A stretch of 64,000 nucleotides of DNA from Candidatus Latescibacterota bacterium (GCA_965223905.1 CBDCXV010000011.1:2131908-2195907), one strand, 5' to 3'; counted from the first letter of the stretch, positions 8,487-20,770 are shown. Made by a program: numbers and translations. The notes: generated by a model not told the origin, from the letters alone.

Positions 8487-10193
8487 TCAGTTCCCTGCCA
8501 AGTCGAGCTGGAAGCTGGCGAGATGGCCGTCCTCGCGCCCGCGGCGGCGCTCGAAGCGGTAGCGGAAGGTCGCCGCCACAGGCGCCTTTCCCAGCTCCAG
8601 GAGCCCGTACGCTCTCCAGCCCACCCCGTTGAGGGCGCGAATGCTCACGGCGCCGGGAAGATCGTACTCGAACTCGTAGATGCGGGCGTCCCAAGAGTCG
8701 ACGCGGAAGCGGCTCAGGTGGCCGCTGCAGCGCAGCGCCCCGAGTCGCAGGCGGGCGGAAACGGAGGCGTTGGAAGCCCGGTTCGACTGCGATCCGGTCC
8801 GCACCTGTCCGCTCTCCAGGCGGAGGCGGAGCATCTGCAGGCGGCCCTCCCCCTTTTGCTGCAGGTCGAAGCGGATCTTGCGCGATTTTGCGGCCGTAGC
8901 TTCCCCCTGCTTCCAGACCGGCTTCAGCCGCTGCCGGAGACTGAGTTTCGGGTTCCACGCCGCCAGCCGCGCGAGAGCCGGCCGCAGTCCCTGAGGGCCG
9001 CGGCCCCGTAGCGACTTCAGCGGCCGGGCGAGGCTCCACTCGGCGCCGAGGAGGGTGTGCTCGCTCGCCATCGGGTAGAAGTAGGTCCTCTGCGGGCGCC
9101 GGTAGCGGTCGACGTAGAAGCGCAGACCTGCCCGCCGGTGCCCGATCATCACCAGGATCCCGCGCTCGTTCTTCATGCCGCCGGCCCCGGGGGCGCCGCC
9201 GAAAAAGGCGTGGTACCCCGGGTCGTACGCCCGGAGCAGCACCCCGGCCTTCAGCCGCCGCCCGGACAGCCGCAGGCCCCCGACCCACCCCAGGTGGCCG
9301 CGGTCCTGAACGGCGAGCTCGCCGAAACCCTGGAGCCTGCGGGCGCGCCAGACCAAGTCTAAGCCCGCTGTCGACTGCCCGCGGCCCTTGAAGGCGTACT
9401 CGACGCGTCCCGGCCGCCGCAGGTCGACGGAGCGGGAGAACCGCACCTTCAGCAGGGTCGTTCCGATAGAGAGCCTGCCGCGCTCGCCGCGCAGCCGCAG
9501 GACCCCGACCTGTCCGCCGAGCCGGTCGGCATTGCGGCGTTCCGCGGGGCTGACGTGGTAGCCGCTCTGCGGCAGCGAGGTGACGCCCCCGCTGTCGTCC
9601 ACGCGGGCATCGAAGCGGATGGCGCCGGCCGATGCCGCGGCCTCGAAGCCGGGCCCCCGCCGGCGCAACGACAGTCCCCGGAGGGAGTGGTTCTCCGCGG
9701 AGGAGCGGTACCCCGTCGCCCGGCTGTCGCGCCGCGGCCGGGGCATGGCCGCCCCCCCGCGCCAGCCGTGGCGGCTGAATACCAGGCCCTGCGCGAAGCC
9801 CGGTCTCAGATCTCCGGCGACCGCTTCGAACCCGGCGAGGTCCGCGGACACGTAGACGCTGGCGAAATCCCTCCACGAGCCCTCCCCCGGATCCTTCTCG
9901 GCCAGCGCGTACAGGGCGGGCCCGCCGGGGGCCTTCCATTCGAGCCGCTGGTAGATCCTGGCCTGGCGGTATCCCGGCTCCCGGCTCTGCAGACGCCAGC
10001 GGGCCGACCAGCCTGAAGCGGCGAGATCCGCCAGGCGGCTGGCCAGCGAGGCCGCGCCGGCGCCCTCCTCGAAGGCGAGGGCGCCGGCATCCTCCTCTTC
10101 CGGGGACGGGTCGGCCGCGGTCGGGACGGCGAGGGAAAGCGGAGCGAGGATTGCCGCGGCGGCGACCGCCGCGGTTCGCGTCTTGGCAAGCAT
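8487..10193 (-). CDS. Probable outer-membrane beta-barrel protein resembling the FCB-group 'helix-hairpin-helix domain-containing' family, HhH not evident
   Basis: Signal peptide; EKDPGE...DFASVY...GDLRPGFAQGLVF motif; YEFEYDLPG; alternating beta-strand C-terminus ASFQLDL. Confidence 0.55.
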   Translation of the reverse strand: MLAKTRTAAVAAAAILAPLSLAVPTAADPSPEEEDAGALAFEEGAGAASLASRLADLAASGWSARWRLQSREPGYRQARIYQRLEWKAPGGPALYALAEKDPGEGSWRDFASVYVSADLAGFEAVAGDLRPGFAQGLVFSRHGWRGGAAMPRPRRDSRATGYRSSAENHSLRGLSLRRRGPGFEAAASAGAIRFDARVDDSGGVTSLPQSGYHVSPAERRNADRLGGQVGVLRLRGERGRLSIGTTLLKVRFSRSVDLRRPGRVEYAFKGRGQSTAGLDLVWRARRLQGFGELAVQDRGHLGWVGGLRLSGRRLKAGVLLRAYDPGYHAFFGGAPGAGGMKNERGILVMIGHRRAGLRFYVDRYRRPQRTYFYPMASEHTLLGAEWSLARPLKSLRGRGPQGLRPALARLAAWNPKLSLRQRLKPVWKQGEATAAKSRKIRFDLQQKGEGRLQMLRLRLESGQVRTGSQSNRASNASVSARLRLGALRCSGHLSRFRVDSWDARIYEFEYDLPGAVSIRALNGVGWRAYGLLELGKAPVAATFRYRFERRRGREDGHLASFQLDLAGN

Positions 10194-10369
10194 GGCAGCC
10201 CCGGAGCGGCAAATCCCGTACCCGCACCCCCCTCTCCGGTGGCGCCTCCTCCGGCCTGTGTGATTTCGCACACATGCCGTTTCCCCTGGCACACGTTTGA
10301 CCGCGGCGGCGCGGCCGCGGCATCTTGGACATCCCCGCCTTGACCCCCTTTGCCAGCGGAGCGCGCCCC

Positions 10370-11188
10370 GTGAAGTTCGGAACCTGCAACGAGTACTTCG
10401 AAGACTGGCCCCTCGAAGAGGTGTTCGACTACGCCGCGGCCATCGGCTACGACGGCGTCGAGATCGCCCCCTTCACCCTGGCCGAATCGGTGGAGGAGAT
10501 CCCCGCCTCCCGCCGCGCCGGGATCCGCCGCGCCGCCGAAGCGGCCGGCGTCGAGATCATCGGCCTGCACTGGCTGCTGATCAGTCCGGAAGGCCTGTAC
10601 ACCAACCACGTCGACGACGGGATCCGCAACCGCACGCGCGACTACTTCCAGTCCCTGATCCGGTTCTGCGGCGATCTGGGCGGCGGCGTGATGATCATCG
10701 GTTCGCCCAAGCAGCGGAACGTCCAGGAAGGGTGGGACTTCGGCGAGACCTGGGACCGCACCCGAGCGGTCTTCGAGGACTGCCTGGCGCTCGCCGAACG
10801 GCACTCCGTCTACCTCTGCATCGAGCCGCTCAGCGCCGACCAGACCAACTTCATCACCACCGCGGCCGAGGCCCGCCGCATGGTGACAGAGATCGGTCAC
10901 CCGAACTTCCGCACCATGATCGACTGTTGCAGCGGCTCCACCGAGGAGCGCAGCCTCGCGCAGCTGCTCGCCGACTCGGGGGAGCACCTCTATCACGTCC
11001 ACGTCAACGACGCCAACAAGCGCGGACCCGGCTTCGGCGACACCGATTTCACCCAGGTGATGAAGAAGCTGCGGGAGATGGGGTACGACCGCTACGTGTC
11101 GGTCGAGGTGTTCGACTTCGCGCCAGATCCGCGCACGATCGCCGCGGGAAGTGTGAAGTACTTGAAGGGGATTGGCGCGGCGCTCTGA
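10370..11188 (+). CDS. Sugar phosphate isomerase/epimerase (xylose-isomerase-like TIM barrel)
   Basis: GYDGVEIAPF, CIEPL, HVHVND...GPGFG, VSVEVF. Confidence 0.85.
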   Translation: MKFGTCNEYFEDWPLEEVFDYAAAIGYDGVEIAPFTLAESVEEIPASRRAGIRRAAEAAGVEIIGLHWLLISPEGLYTNHVDDGIRNRTRDYFQSLIRFCGDLGGGVMIIGSPKQRNVQEGWDFGETWDRTRAVFEDCLALAERHSVYLCIEPLSADQTNFITTAAEARRMVTEIGHPNFRTMIDCCSGSTEERSLAQLLADSGEHLYHVHVNDANKRGPGFGDTDFTQVMKKLREMGYDRYVSVEVFDFAPDPRTIAAGSVKYLKGIGAAL

Positions 11189-11942
11189 GCAGTACTCTTT
11201 TGAATTTCTGAAACGGATCGTTACGGTGGCTGAAATGCGCCCTTTCGTACGGCACCAGGTGGGCGGAGAAACGCCGGATTATCTGGTAATCGCGAGATCA
11301 TCCAGACGAAATTGTCGCAAGGAGTGCAGAGCAGACAGCGAGAATTGGCCAGATCTCAAATTTGAGATCGACGCGGAGAGTCTGCCGGATGTGCCAGGAA
11401 TGATGCTGGTTGTAGTCGAAGCGCTTAAGGATTTGGGCGGATCGGCCACCATCCGGGAGCTCGACGAAAAGGTGATTGAGTTGGAGGGCGTGACCGAAAC
11501 CGAGCAAGCTTTCACTCTGTCACGCGACGAAAACCGGACGCGAGTGAACTTCTACCTCGCCTGGGCTCGCACCTACCTCAAACGCGGCAATGCGCTGGTG
11601 AACTCTTCGCGCGGGGTCTGGGCGCTGACTGAAAGTGGCGCGGCGATCACGGGGCTCCACGAAACCCGTGAGATCTATGAAAAGGTCACGCTGGAAGAGC
11701 GTGAACGGGCACGGGCTAAGCGGCAAGCTGCATTACAGGGGCGAGCAGACAAGGGCCTGTTCATAACCACTGGCCATTTCTCGAATCAAGCGTCAGACGA
11801 AGCCACCCGTGACGGCGCGATTGCGATTGACCTTATAGACGGGAATCGCCTCTGCGATTTGCTTAAGGAAAACCGCCTTGGTGTGAAGACAAAGAGGATC
11901 GAGCGTGTGCGTATCCAGTCGAATTGGTTCGAGAATATTTAG
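11172..11942 (+). pseudogene. mrr: Mrr-family restriction endonuclease with internal in-frame deletion of the catalytic core
   Basis: Mrr_N (LGGSATIREL...LAWARTYLKR...RGVWALTE) is joined directly to the tail LQGRADKGLFITTG...IDLIDG. The DGGID...QCKRY region is missing. Homology starts near 11380. Confidence 0.7.
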
Positions 11943-12301
11943 CTAGCATCGCCACAGGGTTTTTCGATACGTTACTCCGCCGCCGTCCGCGTACGGAGGC
12001 AGGATCGATACGACGCCGGACCCGAGTGTCAGGGTGTATTTTGGTGTATAATCGCCAGCAAACTGAGAGCTGCGGGAAGAGGGTACAGGAACGCTGCAGG
12101 CTGCCGGTTCGCGCCCCGATTACCTTCCGGATTTCTGCCGACAACACGGGCGCTGCAGACTATTGACATACAGAGGCGAATGCCAAGCCTTCGACCCCCG
12201 GAACCAATTCACATTCACTACGTTGCGGCGAGGGCTTTCCGCCTTCAGCCCGAGCCCGCAACACCTCCAACTACAGCACCAAAATGGAGCCAGGAGCAGA
12301 C

Positions 12302-12673
12302 ATGCCGGCCTATTCCCTGAATCACGTGCACCACGAGTCCACCGACGTCCATGCCGCCGCGGACTGGTACGTCCGGATGTTCGACGCCACCGCGGACGAG
12401 CCGTTCGAGCGCGGCGGAGCCACCTGGCTGCGGGTCCACATCGGCGAGGTCACGGTGACGATCACCGACCGCGATTTCTCCGCCATGGAGCTGGGCCGCT
12501 ACCAGGGGTTCGATCACTTCGGGCTCGACACCGACGACTTCGACGCCACCCTGGCACGGATCGAAGCTGCCGGCGTCGACATCTGGGCCGGCCCCCTCGA
12601 GGCCGAGGGGATGCGCATCGTCTTCATCAACGGGCCCGACAACGTCAAGATCGAGCTGATGGAGAAGAAGTGA
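12302..12673 (+). CDS. VOC/glyoxalase family protein
   Basis: LNHVH, GFDHFGL, FINGPDNVKIEL; AGGAG RBS. Confidence 0.85.
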   Translation: MPAYSLNHVHHESTDVHAAADWYVRMFDATADEPFERGGATWLRVHIGEVTVTITDRDFSAMELGRYQGFDHFGLDTDDFDATLARIEAAGVDIWAGPLEAEGMRIVFINGPDNVKIELMEKK

Positions 12674-12702
12674 CCGCTCCTTTTCGCACAAGCGCCTGAT
12701 TC

Positions 12703-14142
<1,440 letters not shown>

Positions 14143-14147
14143 ACCCG

Positions 14148-17100
14148 CTACCTCAGCAGGGAGATCTTCCTCCCCTCGCTGAAGTCCCCGGCCCGCAGCT
14201 CGATGAAATAGACGCCGCTGGCCGCCCTGTTTCCCGAATCGTCGAGCCCGTTCCAGTAGACGGCGTGGCTGCCCGCCTCGAGGTCGGCGGAGACCAGGGC
14301 GCGCACCAGACTTCCGCGCAGGTCGTAGACCCGCAGCTCGGCGCGCGCCCGCCGGGGCAGGTCGAAGCGCAGGTGGGTGCGGCTGTTGAAGGGGTTGGGC
14401 CAGCCCTGGTGGAGGGCGAAGCGCTCGGGAAGCCCGTCAGCGGACGCTTCCACCGCGGTATCATGGCGGGGTTCGCTGGTCAGGAAGAGGCGCCAGTCGA
14501 CCTCCCCTTCGAACAGGGCCGCGATGGCGGTGCTGTCGGCCGTTCCCCAGTAGTTCCCCCGGGCATTCACCGGCAGCCCGGACTCGTTGACGATGGCGGC
14601 GCGGTTGTTGACGAAGGAGTTGCCGGTGATTTCCCCGGGCACCCGGGAGCCGCTGATGGCCACCGCGGTGAGGTTGTTCTCGAACCGGTTGTCGATCAGC
14701 CCCGGCGCCGAATCGACCGACTCCACCCCGAAGGAGCCGTTGCGGAAGATCGAGTTGCGCGCCGTCAGACCCTGGACTCCGGTCAGCGCCATCCCCGAGC
14801 TGCTGGCGAAATCGCTCATGTCGATCAGCCCGGTTGCGCCGCCGCTCAGCACCAGCCCGGTGCCGACGTTGTCTTCGAACAGGGTCGTCCAGACCTCCAT
14901 GCGGGAATCGGCGAAGACGGCGCCGTGGCCGATGTTGCGGGAGACGACCACGTCCTCGAACACCATTCGGGCCAGGCCGCTGGCGAGAATCCCGTTCCTG
15001 CGATTGCCCGTGATCTCGCAGCCGTGCAGCTCGACCTCCCCCTCCCACGGGTCGAGCTGCAACCCGTGCAGGGTGCTGCCGGTGACCGTGCACTTCCACA
15101 GCTCGATCTTCTGCCCCCGCCCCCCGATCGCCAGCAGGCCGGAGCGCGGGTCCTCCTCGTCGAGCTGCCCCGACGACACGATCCTCGTCGAGATCGCCTG
15201 CAGGTTGCTGTTGCCCAGCGAGATCCCCTCCCAGCCGATGTTCTCGATGACGCTGTTGCGCACCCGCACCAGTCCGGTTCCCGAGGCCCGCAGCGCGTTT
15301 CCAGCGACATCCTTCAGGGTCGACCCGTCGATCGTCAGCTCGCCGAGCACGAACAGGTTGATGCCGTGGACGGTTCGCCGAACGGTCAAATTCTCCAAGT
15401 GGGCCCGCCCCTTGCCGGAAACCTCCCCGGTCAGCGCGAAGCCGCTCTGACTGATCTCGAGATGGGAGGCCTCCATTACCCCGTCCGCTTCCAACACAAG
15501 CCCGTACCACAGTGAATCGCTCGACGGCGAGTCGACGGTGAGCTTCACCGGGCCGGCGGGGGTGCCGGCTATCTTCAGGCTGCCTTTGACCACGAGCTCG
15601 GTCAGCCCCGGGTTCTCCCCCCGCCCGGAGAGGTCGCTTGGCGCGAAGCGCACGGTCGCGCCGCTGTCGATCACCAGCTCGGAAGCCGGCGAGACGTGGA
15701 CGTCCCAGGGCAGAATGCGGTCCTGCGACCAGGTGGTCACCCCGGCCGGCAGCCGCTGCCGCACGAGCCCGTAGCGCGAGTTCTCGACCAGCAGCCCGCC
15801 CGCGGCCGCCGCCTCCTCCACCCCCCCGGAGCGGCCCGTCATCAGGAGCAGGCCGAGCCAGTCGCCGGAGCGCGGCCGCTCCTCGGCCGACTCGAAGACC
15901 ACCGGGTCTGCTGAATCGCCGAGCACCTCGAGCTCGCCGTAGACGATCATCTCGCCGAGGCCGCGGTCGAAGCCCGCGGAGCGGCTGTCGCCGCGTTTGA
16001 AGCGCACCCGCGTGCCGGCATCCAGGACCAGGCGCACCCCCGGTTCGACGACGACGTCGCCGTCGACCTCGACCTTCCCGGACCAGGTGGCGTCGGCCGA
16101 CACGTTCCCCTCCACGGGCTGGCGCACGAGGATGTCGAGGCCCATGCGGCCGCCGCCGAGGTCGCGGATGTTCTCGATGGCGATGCCGAGGGGCACGCCG
16201 CGCTCGAAGCGGGCGTGGGCCCGCAGGCCGGGATTGGTGGTCAGGTCGGCGCGCTCGAAGCGGTCGCCGTCGAAGGGATCGGTGGCGTCCCCGCGGTTGC
16301 CGTTGTGGTCGCTGGCGTAGGTCTCGTCACGGGCCCAGAAATCGAGGTTGTCGCGGCCGCCGAAACGGTCCGGTTGCTCGCCGGGGTAGCCGCGGTCGGC
16401 GAACAGTCCGTCGGCGCAGACGAGGTCGACCTGCTTGTGGCGCTCCTCGTCGTTGTCCGCCCCCTCGTCGACGTGCCAGACCAGCAGCCCCCCCGCGGGT
16501 ATGTTGCGGTTGTAGAAGCTGCCGGAGTTCTGGCGGTTCTCGATCAGGAAGTACTCCTCCTCGGAGACCGGGATCCGGTACACGGACCCGCCGCGGTCGA
16601 TCTGCTCCATCTCGAGGCCGCGCAGCGATTCGGTGACTCCGACGAGGTTCCCGTTCTCCTTGCCGAGCCAGCCCAGCTGCCCCAGCGACCAGGCGCTGAA
16701 GGGGTTGGGGCCGTCCTCGACGCCCCAACCGAGGGTGCCCAGCCCCATCAGTCCCCACTTGCCGATCCCGGCGCCGTCGAGCCCCCAGTCGATCTCCCTG
16801 CCGAGAAGCACCGTCGATTGATCGAACAGGTCGGGAAGCCCGAGCACGTGGGCGAACTCGTGGCACATGGTCGCCGAGGTCACGGAGAAGACGTGGCCCC
16901 GCTGGGTGGTGCCCCCGAAGCCGGAGAAACGGCCGCGCACGCGGATGTATCCCCCGCCGGCGGCCGGGTCGTCGCTGATGAAGTCGGTGTCGAACCCGAG
17001 GGTGGCCAGCCCGGTCGCCGTCCGCAACAGGAAGTTCACCGGCACGGTGAGCAGGTTGATGAAGACGACGTCGACGTAGCCGTCGTCGTCCCCGGAATTC

Positions 17101-17735
17101 GGTACCCCGTCGGGGCCGTCGTTGTCGAAGCTGCCCATGTCGACGTCGGCGTCGGCCTGGGTCAGGATCTCGAGGTTGAAGCGCGGGTAGTCGCCGGAGG
17201 CCCCTCCCTCTTCGGGCAGGTAGGACGCGGCCTCGTCCAGGGAGCTGTAACGCTTCGGCAGAACCTCCCCCCGCACCCGCAGCTGGCCGCGCGACATCTC
17301 GTCGTAGAAGTGGGTGAAGCTGCCGGGCACGCCGGCGTCGAAAAGGTCGTCGGCCCAGGAGGGCTTGGCGTCGGCGCCGTCCGCCTCGCCGCGGAACTTG
17401 GCGAAGATCACCAGGGCGTTGAAGGTCCCCGTTACGGTGCCGCGGCTGTCCGGCAGCGTTGCCCGGCTGGCGCTCGAGGCGCCGGCCCGCTTGGCAATGG
17501 CGCGGCGCGGCGTCTGCGCGAGAAGAGGGGGCCCCGCGGAAAACCCGGAGAGAGGTTCCCCGGGCGAATACACTTCCCCGGTGCCGCCGCAGACGACGAC
17601 CCCTTCGGGGATCAGCTCCACTTCGGACGCGCTGCCGGCGTAGCCGTCGCCGGGGCCGAGCCAGGCGAGCAGCGAGACCGCCGCGGCCGCCAGGGCGCGG
17701 CGGCCCGCGGCTACGGGCAAGGCGTCTTGCGGCAT
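14148..17735 (-). CDS. Second secreted M6-family metalloprotease with beta-helix repeats and FlgD-Ig C-terminal domain
   Basis: Start MPQDALPVAAGRRALAAAAVSLLAW (signal peptide) overlaps the pafA stop; HEFAHVLGLPDLFD; GWPNPFN...KISLLR; paralogue of 5372..8116. Confidence 0.82.
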   Translation of the reverse strand: MPQDALPVAAGRRALAAAAVSLLAWLGPGDGYAGSASEVELIPEGVVVCGGTGEVYSPGEPLSGFSAGPPLLAQTPRRAIAKRAGASSASRATLPDSRGTVTGTFNALVIFAKFRGEADGADAKPSWADDLFDAGVPGSFTHFYDEMSRGQLRVRGEVLPKRYSSLDEAASYLPEEGGASGDYPRFNLEILTQADADVDMGSFDNDGPDGVPNSGDDDGYVDVVFINLLTVPVNFLLRTATGLATLGFDTDFISDDPAAGGGYIRVRGRFSGFGGTTQRGHVFSVTSATMCHEFAHVLGLPDLFDQSTVLLGREIDWGLDGAGIGKWGLMGLGTLGWGVEDGPNPFSAWSLGQLGWLGKENGNLVGVTESLRGLEMEQIDRGGSVYRIPVSEEEYFLIENRQNSGSFYNRNIPAGGLLVWHVDEGADNDEERHKQVDLVCADGLFADRGYPGEQPDRFGGRDNLDFWARDETYASDHNGNRGDATDPFDGDRFERADLTTNPGLRAHARFERGVPLGIAIENIRDLGGGRMGLDILVRQPVEGNVSADATWSGKVEVDGDVVVEPGVRLVLDAGTRVRFKRGDSRSAGFDRGLGEMIVYGELEVLGDSADPVVFESAEERPRSGDWLGLLLMTGRSGGVEEAAAAGGLLVENSRYGLVRQRLPAGVTTWSQDRILPWDVHVSPASELVIDSGATVRFAPSDLSGRGENPGLTELVVKGSLKIAGTPAGPVKLTVDSPSSDSLWYGLVLEADGVMEASHLEISQSGFALTGEVSGKGRAHLENLTVRRTVHGINLFVLGELTIDGSTLKDVAGNALRASGTGLVRVRNSVIENIGWEGISLGNSNLQAISTRIVSSGQLDEEDPRSGLLAIGGRGQKIELWKCTVTGSTLHGLQLDPWEGEVELHGCEITGNRRNGILASGLARMVFEDVVVSRNIGHGAVFADSRMEVWTTLFEDNVGTGLVLSGGATGLIDMSDFASSSGMALTGVQGLTARNSIFRNGSFGVESVDSAPGLIDNRFENNLTAVAISGSRVPGEITGNSFVNNRAAIVNESGLPVNARGNYWGTADSTAIAALFEGEVDWRLFLTSEPRHDTAVEASADGLPERFALHQGWPNPFNSRTHLRFDLPRRARAELRVYDLRGSLVRALVSADLEAGSHAVYWNGLDDSGNRAASGVYFIELRAGDFSEGRKISLLR

Positions 17736-19126
17736 TCGGCGATGAACTCGGAAGCCTCGAAATCGTAGGTTCGGAACGGGTCGTCGAGGTTGAGGTACAT
17801 CTCGTCCTCGACGTAGATCGAGTCCCAGTCGATGACGTAGCGGGCCTTGTGATCGGTCAGCTCGCGCATCACCGCGGAGCGCGCCCGCGCCCGGGTGTCC
17901 TGCGGCGGCGTCACGATCGCCCGGTTCACCATTTCGTCGGAGACCACCTTCCTGACGATCCCCTGCTTCCGGAGGTCGAAGTAGAGCCCCCTGCCGGGGT
18001 TGAGGTTGTGGTACTCGAGGTCGAGGCTCTGGACCCAGGTGTCCTGCCAGTCGAGCTGCTCTTCCTCCATGAACGACTCGAGGAGCCATTTCTTCGTCAC
18101 CCAGTCGACGCGGTCGACGAGCGCCATCGGGTCGTGGACGAGGGCGTCGAGCACCAAGCGCCACTCGTCGAGGACCCAGTCCGCCTCGCTGTCGAGGCCG
18201 CGCAGGTAGCGCTCGGCGAGCTCGAGGTACTGGTACTGGATCTCGCTCGCCGTCGTGTACCTGCCGTCCTCGAGCTGGACCTCCCAGCGGTACTCGAGGT
18301 CGCGGGAGATCTCGCGGATCGCCTGCACCGGGTCGAGGAGCTTGACGTCGGGGACGATGCGCTCCTCGAGCAGCTCGAGCATCAGGGCGGTGGTGCCGAC
18401 CTTCAGCGCCGTCGCGTACTCCGACATGTTCGAGTCGCCGACCAGGAGATGCAGGCGGCGGTAGAGGCCCCAGTCCGCCAGCGGCTCGTCGCGGGTGTTG
18501 ATGATCGCGCGGCTGAACTGGATCCACTGGTAGATCTCGGTGACGATGTGGTCGGCGCGCTGGGAGATCTGGTAGGGGACCTCGCGGTCCTCGCCGCCGC
18601 CGCCGTACTCGAAGATGTCGGTGTGGCAGCCGACCCGTCCGGACCCGGCGTAGATCTGGCGGCTGACGAAGAAGGGCAGGATCGCCGGCAGCAGGACCTG
18701 GGCGAAGGGGACATCGCGGCGCACGAGGTAGTTCTCGTGGCAGCCGAAGGTCGCGCCGGTGTAGTGGTCGATGTTGTTCTTGAAGAACGACGCGTCGTCG
18801 GCCAGCCCCAGCTGGTCGAGGGCCCGCTGCACCATCAGCTCGCCGGCGCGGTCCGCGGCGACGAGATCGAACAGGCCGCGGCATTCCGGGGTCGCGTACT
18901 CGACGTGACCCATGTCGATGTACATCCTGCCGCCGTTGAACAGGAAGCCGCCGTTGCCCGGCGGCTCGTCGCGGCCGCGGTAGTGGATGTCGACGATGCC
19001 GAGACCCTCGCGGTAGAAGACGCAGTCCTTGGTCTTCACCGAGATGAAATCCGGACTGAGGAAGGGGTCCGAATCCGGGGGCATGCAACCGAATTCGATT
19101 TCGAGTCCGTATATGCGGTTGCGCAT
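17711..19126 (-). CDS. pafA: Pup/UBact--protein ligase
   Basis: RIYGLEIEFG, NGGRMYIDMGHVEYATPEC, FKNNID, GCHENY, ISQRADH, RAIINTRDEP, RLHLLVGDSNM; no Dop loop. Confidence 0.9.
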   Translation of the reverse strand: MRNRIYGLEIEFGCMPPDSDPFLSPDFISVKTKDCVFYREGLGIVDIHYRGRDEPPGNGGFLFNGGRMYIDMGHVEYATPECRGLFDLVAADRAGELMVQRALDQLGLADDASFFKNNIDHYTGATFGCHENYLVRRDVPFAQVLLPAILPFFVSRQIYAGSGRVGCHTDIFEYGGGGEDREVPYQISQRADHIVTEIYQWIQFSRAIINTRDEPLADWGLYRRLHLLVGDSNMSEYATALKVGTTALMLELLEERIVPDVKLLDPVQAIREISRDLEYRWEVQLEDGRYTTASEIQYQYLELAERYLRGLDSEADWVLDEWRLVLDALVHDPMALVDRVDWVTKKWLLESFMEEEQLDWQDTWVQSLDLEYHNLNPGRGLYFDLRKQGIVRKVVSDEMVNRAIVTPPQDTRARARSAVMRELTDHKARYVIDWDSIYVEDEMYLNLDDPFRTYDFEASEFIAECRKTPCP

Positions 19127-19146
19127 CTGACTTGCCGGGAGCCGGC

Positions 19147-19908
19147 CTACTGCGCGAACCGGCCCAGGGCCTCTTCGAGCTCGGCCGGCGGCAACAGGCG
19201 GAACTTCGATTTCGTCGGCAGGGTGCGGTCGAGCACGGCGACTTCGATCCGCTGGCCGCCGTCGAGGGCCGTGGCGACGCTCTCGGAGATCTCGCCGGCG
19301 GTCGGTTCCCCGGTGCGCCCGGGTTCGCCGTAGAGCCGCCCCACCGCCCAGGTCTCGAGGGCGCGCTCCAGGGCCTCCTGCAGAGCGGGAGCCTCGGGCT
19401 CCGCGGTGGCGTGCCGGGCCATGGCGTCGCGGCTTTCCGCGGTGCCCGCGACCGCGGCCGCGGCCCCGGAGGCGGCGAACGATCCGTCGGCGTCCACGGT
19501 GTAGAAGGCCTCGCGCCCGGCTCCGGCATCGAGCTCGGCGACGAGAACGCGGGCGATGAAGGGAGAGTGGAAGATCTCGTCGAAGGCGGTCTTCATCAAC
19601 GGCCCGATGCCGAAGCTGACCAGCCGCTGCAGGGAGACGTCGCGGGCCGAGAGGTTGAAAGCCTCGACGTGGGCTATGTCGATGACGGCCTTGCGCAGCT
19701 TTTCGATGTCGGCCGGGTGGCCGATGGCGGCGAAGGCGACCTGGTTGTAGACCTCGAACAGCTTGCGCGGACCCGGGGTCGTGGTCAGCAGCAGGACGCC
19801 GTCGGCGAAGAGAGAGCCGACAACCGGGCTGGCGGACTTGAGCTGGTCCTCGAGGTACTCGCGGCGATTGCGGATCGCCTCGACCCAGCGGTAGGGTTCA
19901 TCGAGCAT
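19147..19908 (-). CDS. prcA: 20S proteasome alpha subunit
   Basis: RKLFEVYNQVAFAAIG, IEVAVLDR; sits between prcB and pafA. Confidence 0.88.
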   Translation of the reverse strand: MLDEPYRWVEAIRNRREYLEDQLKSASPVVGSLFADGVLLLTTTPGPRKLFEVYNQVAFAAIGHPADIEKLRKAVIDIAHVEAFNLSARDVSLQRLVSFGIGPLMKTAFDEIFHSPFIARVLVAELDAGAGREAFYTVDADGSFAASGAAAAVAGTAESRDAMARHATAEPEAPALQEALERALETWAVGRLYGEPGRTGEPTAGEISESVATALDGGQRIEVAVLDRTLPTKSKFRLLPPAELEEALGRFAQ

Positions 19909-19911
19909 GGG

Positions 19912-20679
19912 CTAGCGGAGCGTCTCGTACAGCGCCTGCAGTTCCGGTTCGGCGACCGCCTCGACGCCCGCGGCGGTGACGCGCATGACTTGGGGGAAGA
20001 TCCGCGCGACCGGTTTGTAGCCGCCGGTTGCGGTGTCGTACTCGGCCGCGGTTTCGAGCATCCTCAGGATCAGCGAGAGGGATTCTTCCGCTTCCATTTC
20101 GGCCAGCGGCCTTTCCCCCCACCGGTTCAGGTAGTAGAGGGCGCCGCGGATGACCTGGGATCCCGACCCGGTGGTGCAGAAGTCGACGGACTCGAAGGTG
20201 GCCCCGAGAACGTCGTAGAAGAAGATCTTGCCGCCGCCGGGACCGCTGTCGTCGAAAGTCGCGTAGATCGGCACCACGGCGCCGATTCCCTGAAGGGCCA
20301 TGGGCAGGTTCTCGCGCATCAGCCGCGACAGGGTTCTCAGCCTGCCGTCGAGGCTCATCTCCTGCAGCTGCGAGCGCCGGTAGTGCTGGAAGGAGGTCTC
20401 GAGCATGCGCGCGATCTCGTAGGCGTTGGCCGGCGAGCCCGACAGCGCCAGCACCGACCCGTCGTCGACCGGAAGGACCTTTTCGGCGCGGTCGTAGATC
20501 ACGGTGTTGCCCATGGTCGCGCGGCGGTCGCCGGCGACGAGGACGCCGTCGCGGCAGCGCAGCGCGAGAATGGTGGTGCCTTCGGTCGACTCGACCGCGG
20601 CTTCGGCGCCGCCAGCCGGCGGCGCCTCGGGCAGCTGCCCGTTCTGCTTCAGGAGATTGAGGAAATCGGTGTGTTCCAA
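19912..20679 (-). CDS. prcB: 20S proteasome beta subunit with propeptide
   Basis: EG|TTILAL...GDRRATMG (catalytic Thr1), TGSGS, DTATGG. TTG start is uncertain. Confidence 0.9.
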   Translation of the reverse strand: MEHTDFLNLLKQNGQLPEAPPAGGAEAAVESTEGTTILALRCRDGVLVAGDRRATMGNTVIYDRAEKVLPVDDGSVLALSGSPANAYEIARMLETSFQHYRRSQLQEMSLDGRLRTLSRLMRENLPMALQGIGAVVPIYATFDDSGPGGGKIFFYDVLGATFESVDFCTTGSGSQVIRGALYYLNRWGERPLAEMEAEESLSLILRMLETAAEYDTATGGYKPVARIFPQVMRVTAAGVEAVAEPELQALYETLR

Positions 20680-20770
20680 GGCGATGGCCCTGTGCGGCGG
20701 CGTCCGGCCGGCGCTGCCGCCCTGCTGCGGGCCGCGCCCTGGTGGCCTGTCCCGGGAGGGGACGCCGGAC

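Noticed and set aside
14148-19529. 1793-aa ORF as a single giant protein
   Set aside because: The first 598 codons are an off-frame shadow of prcA/pafA; the real gene starts at 17735 with a signal peptide.
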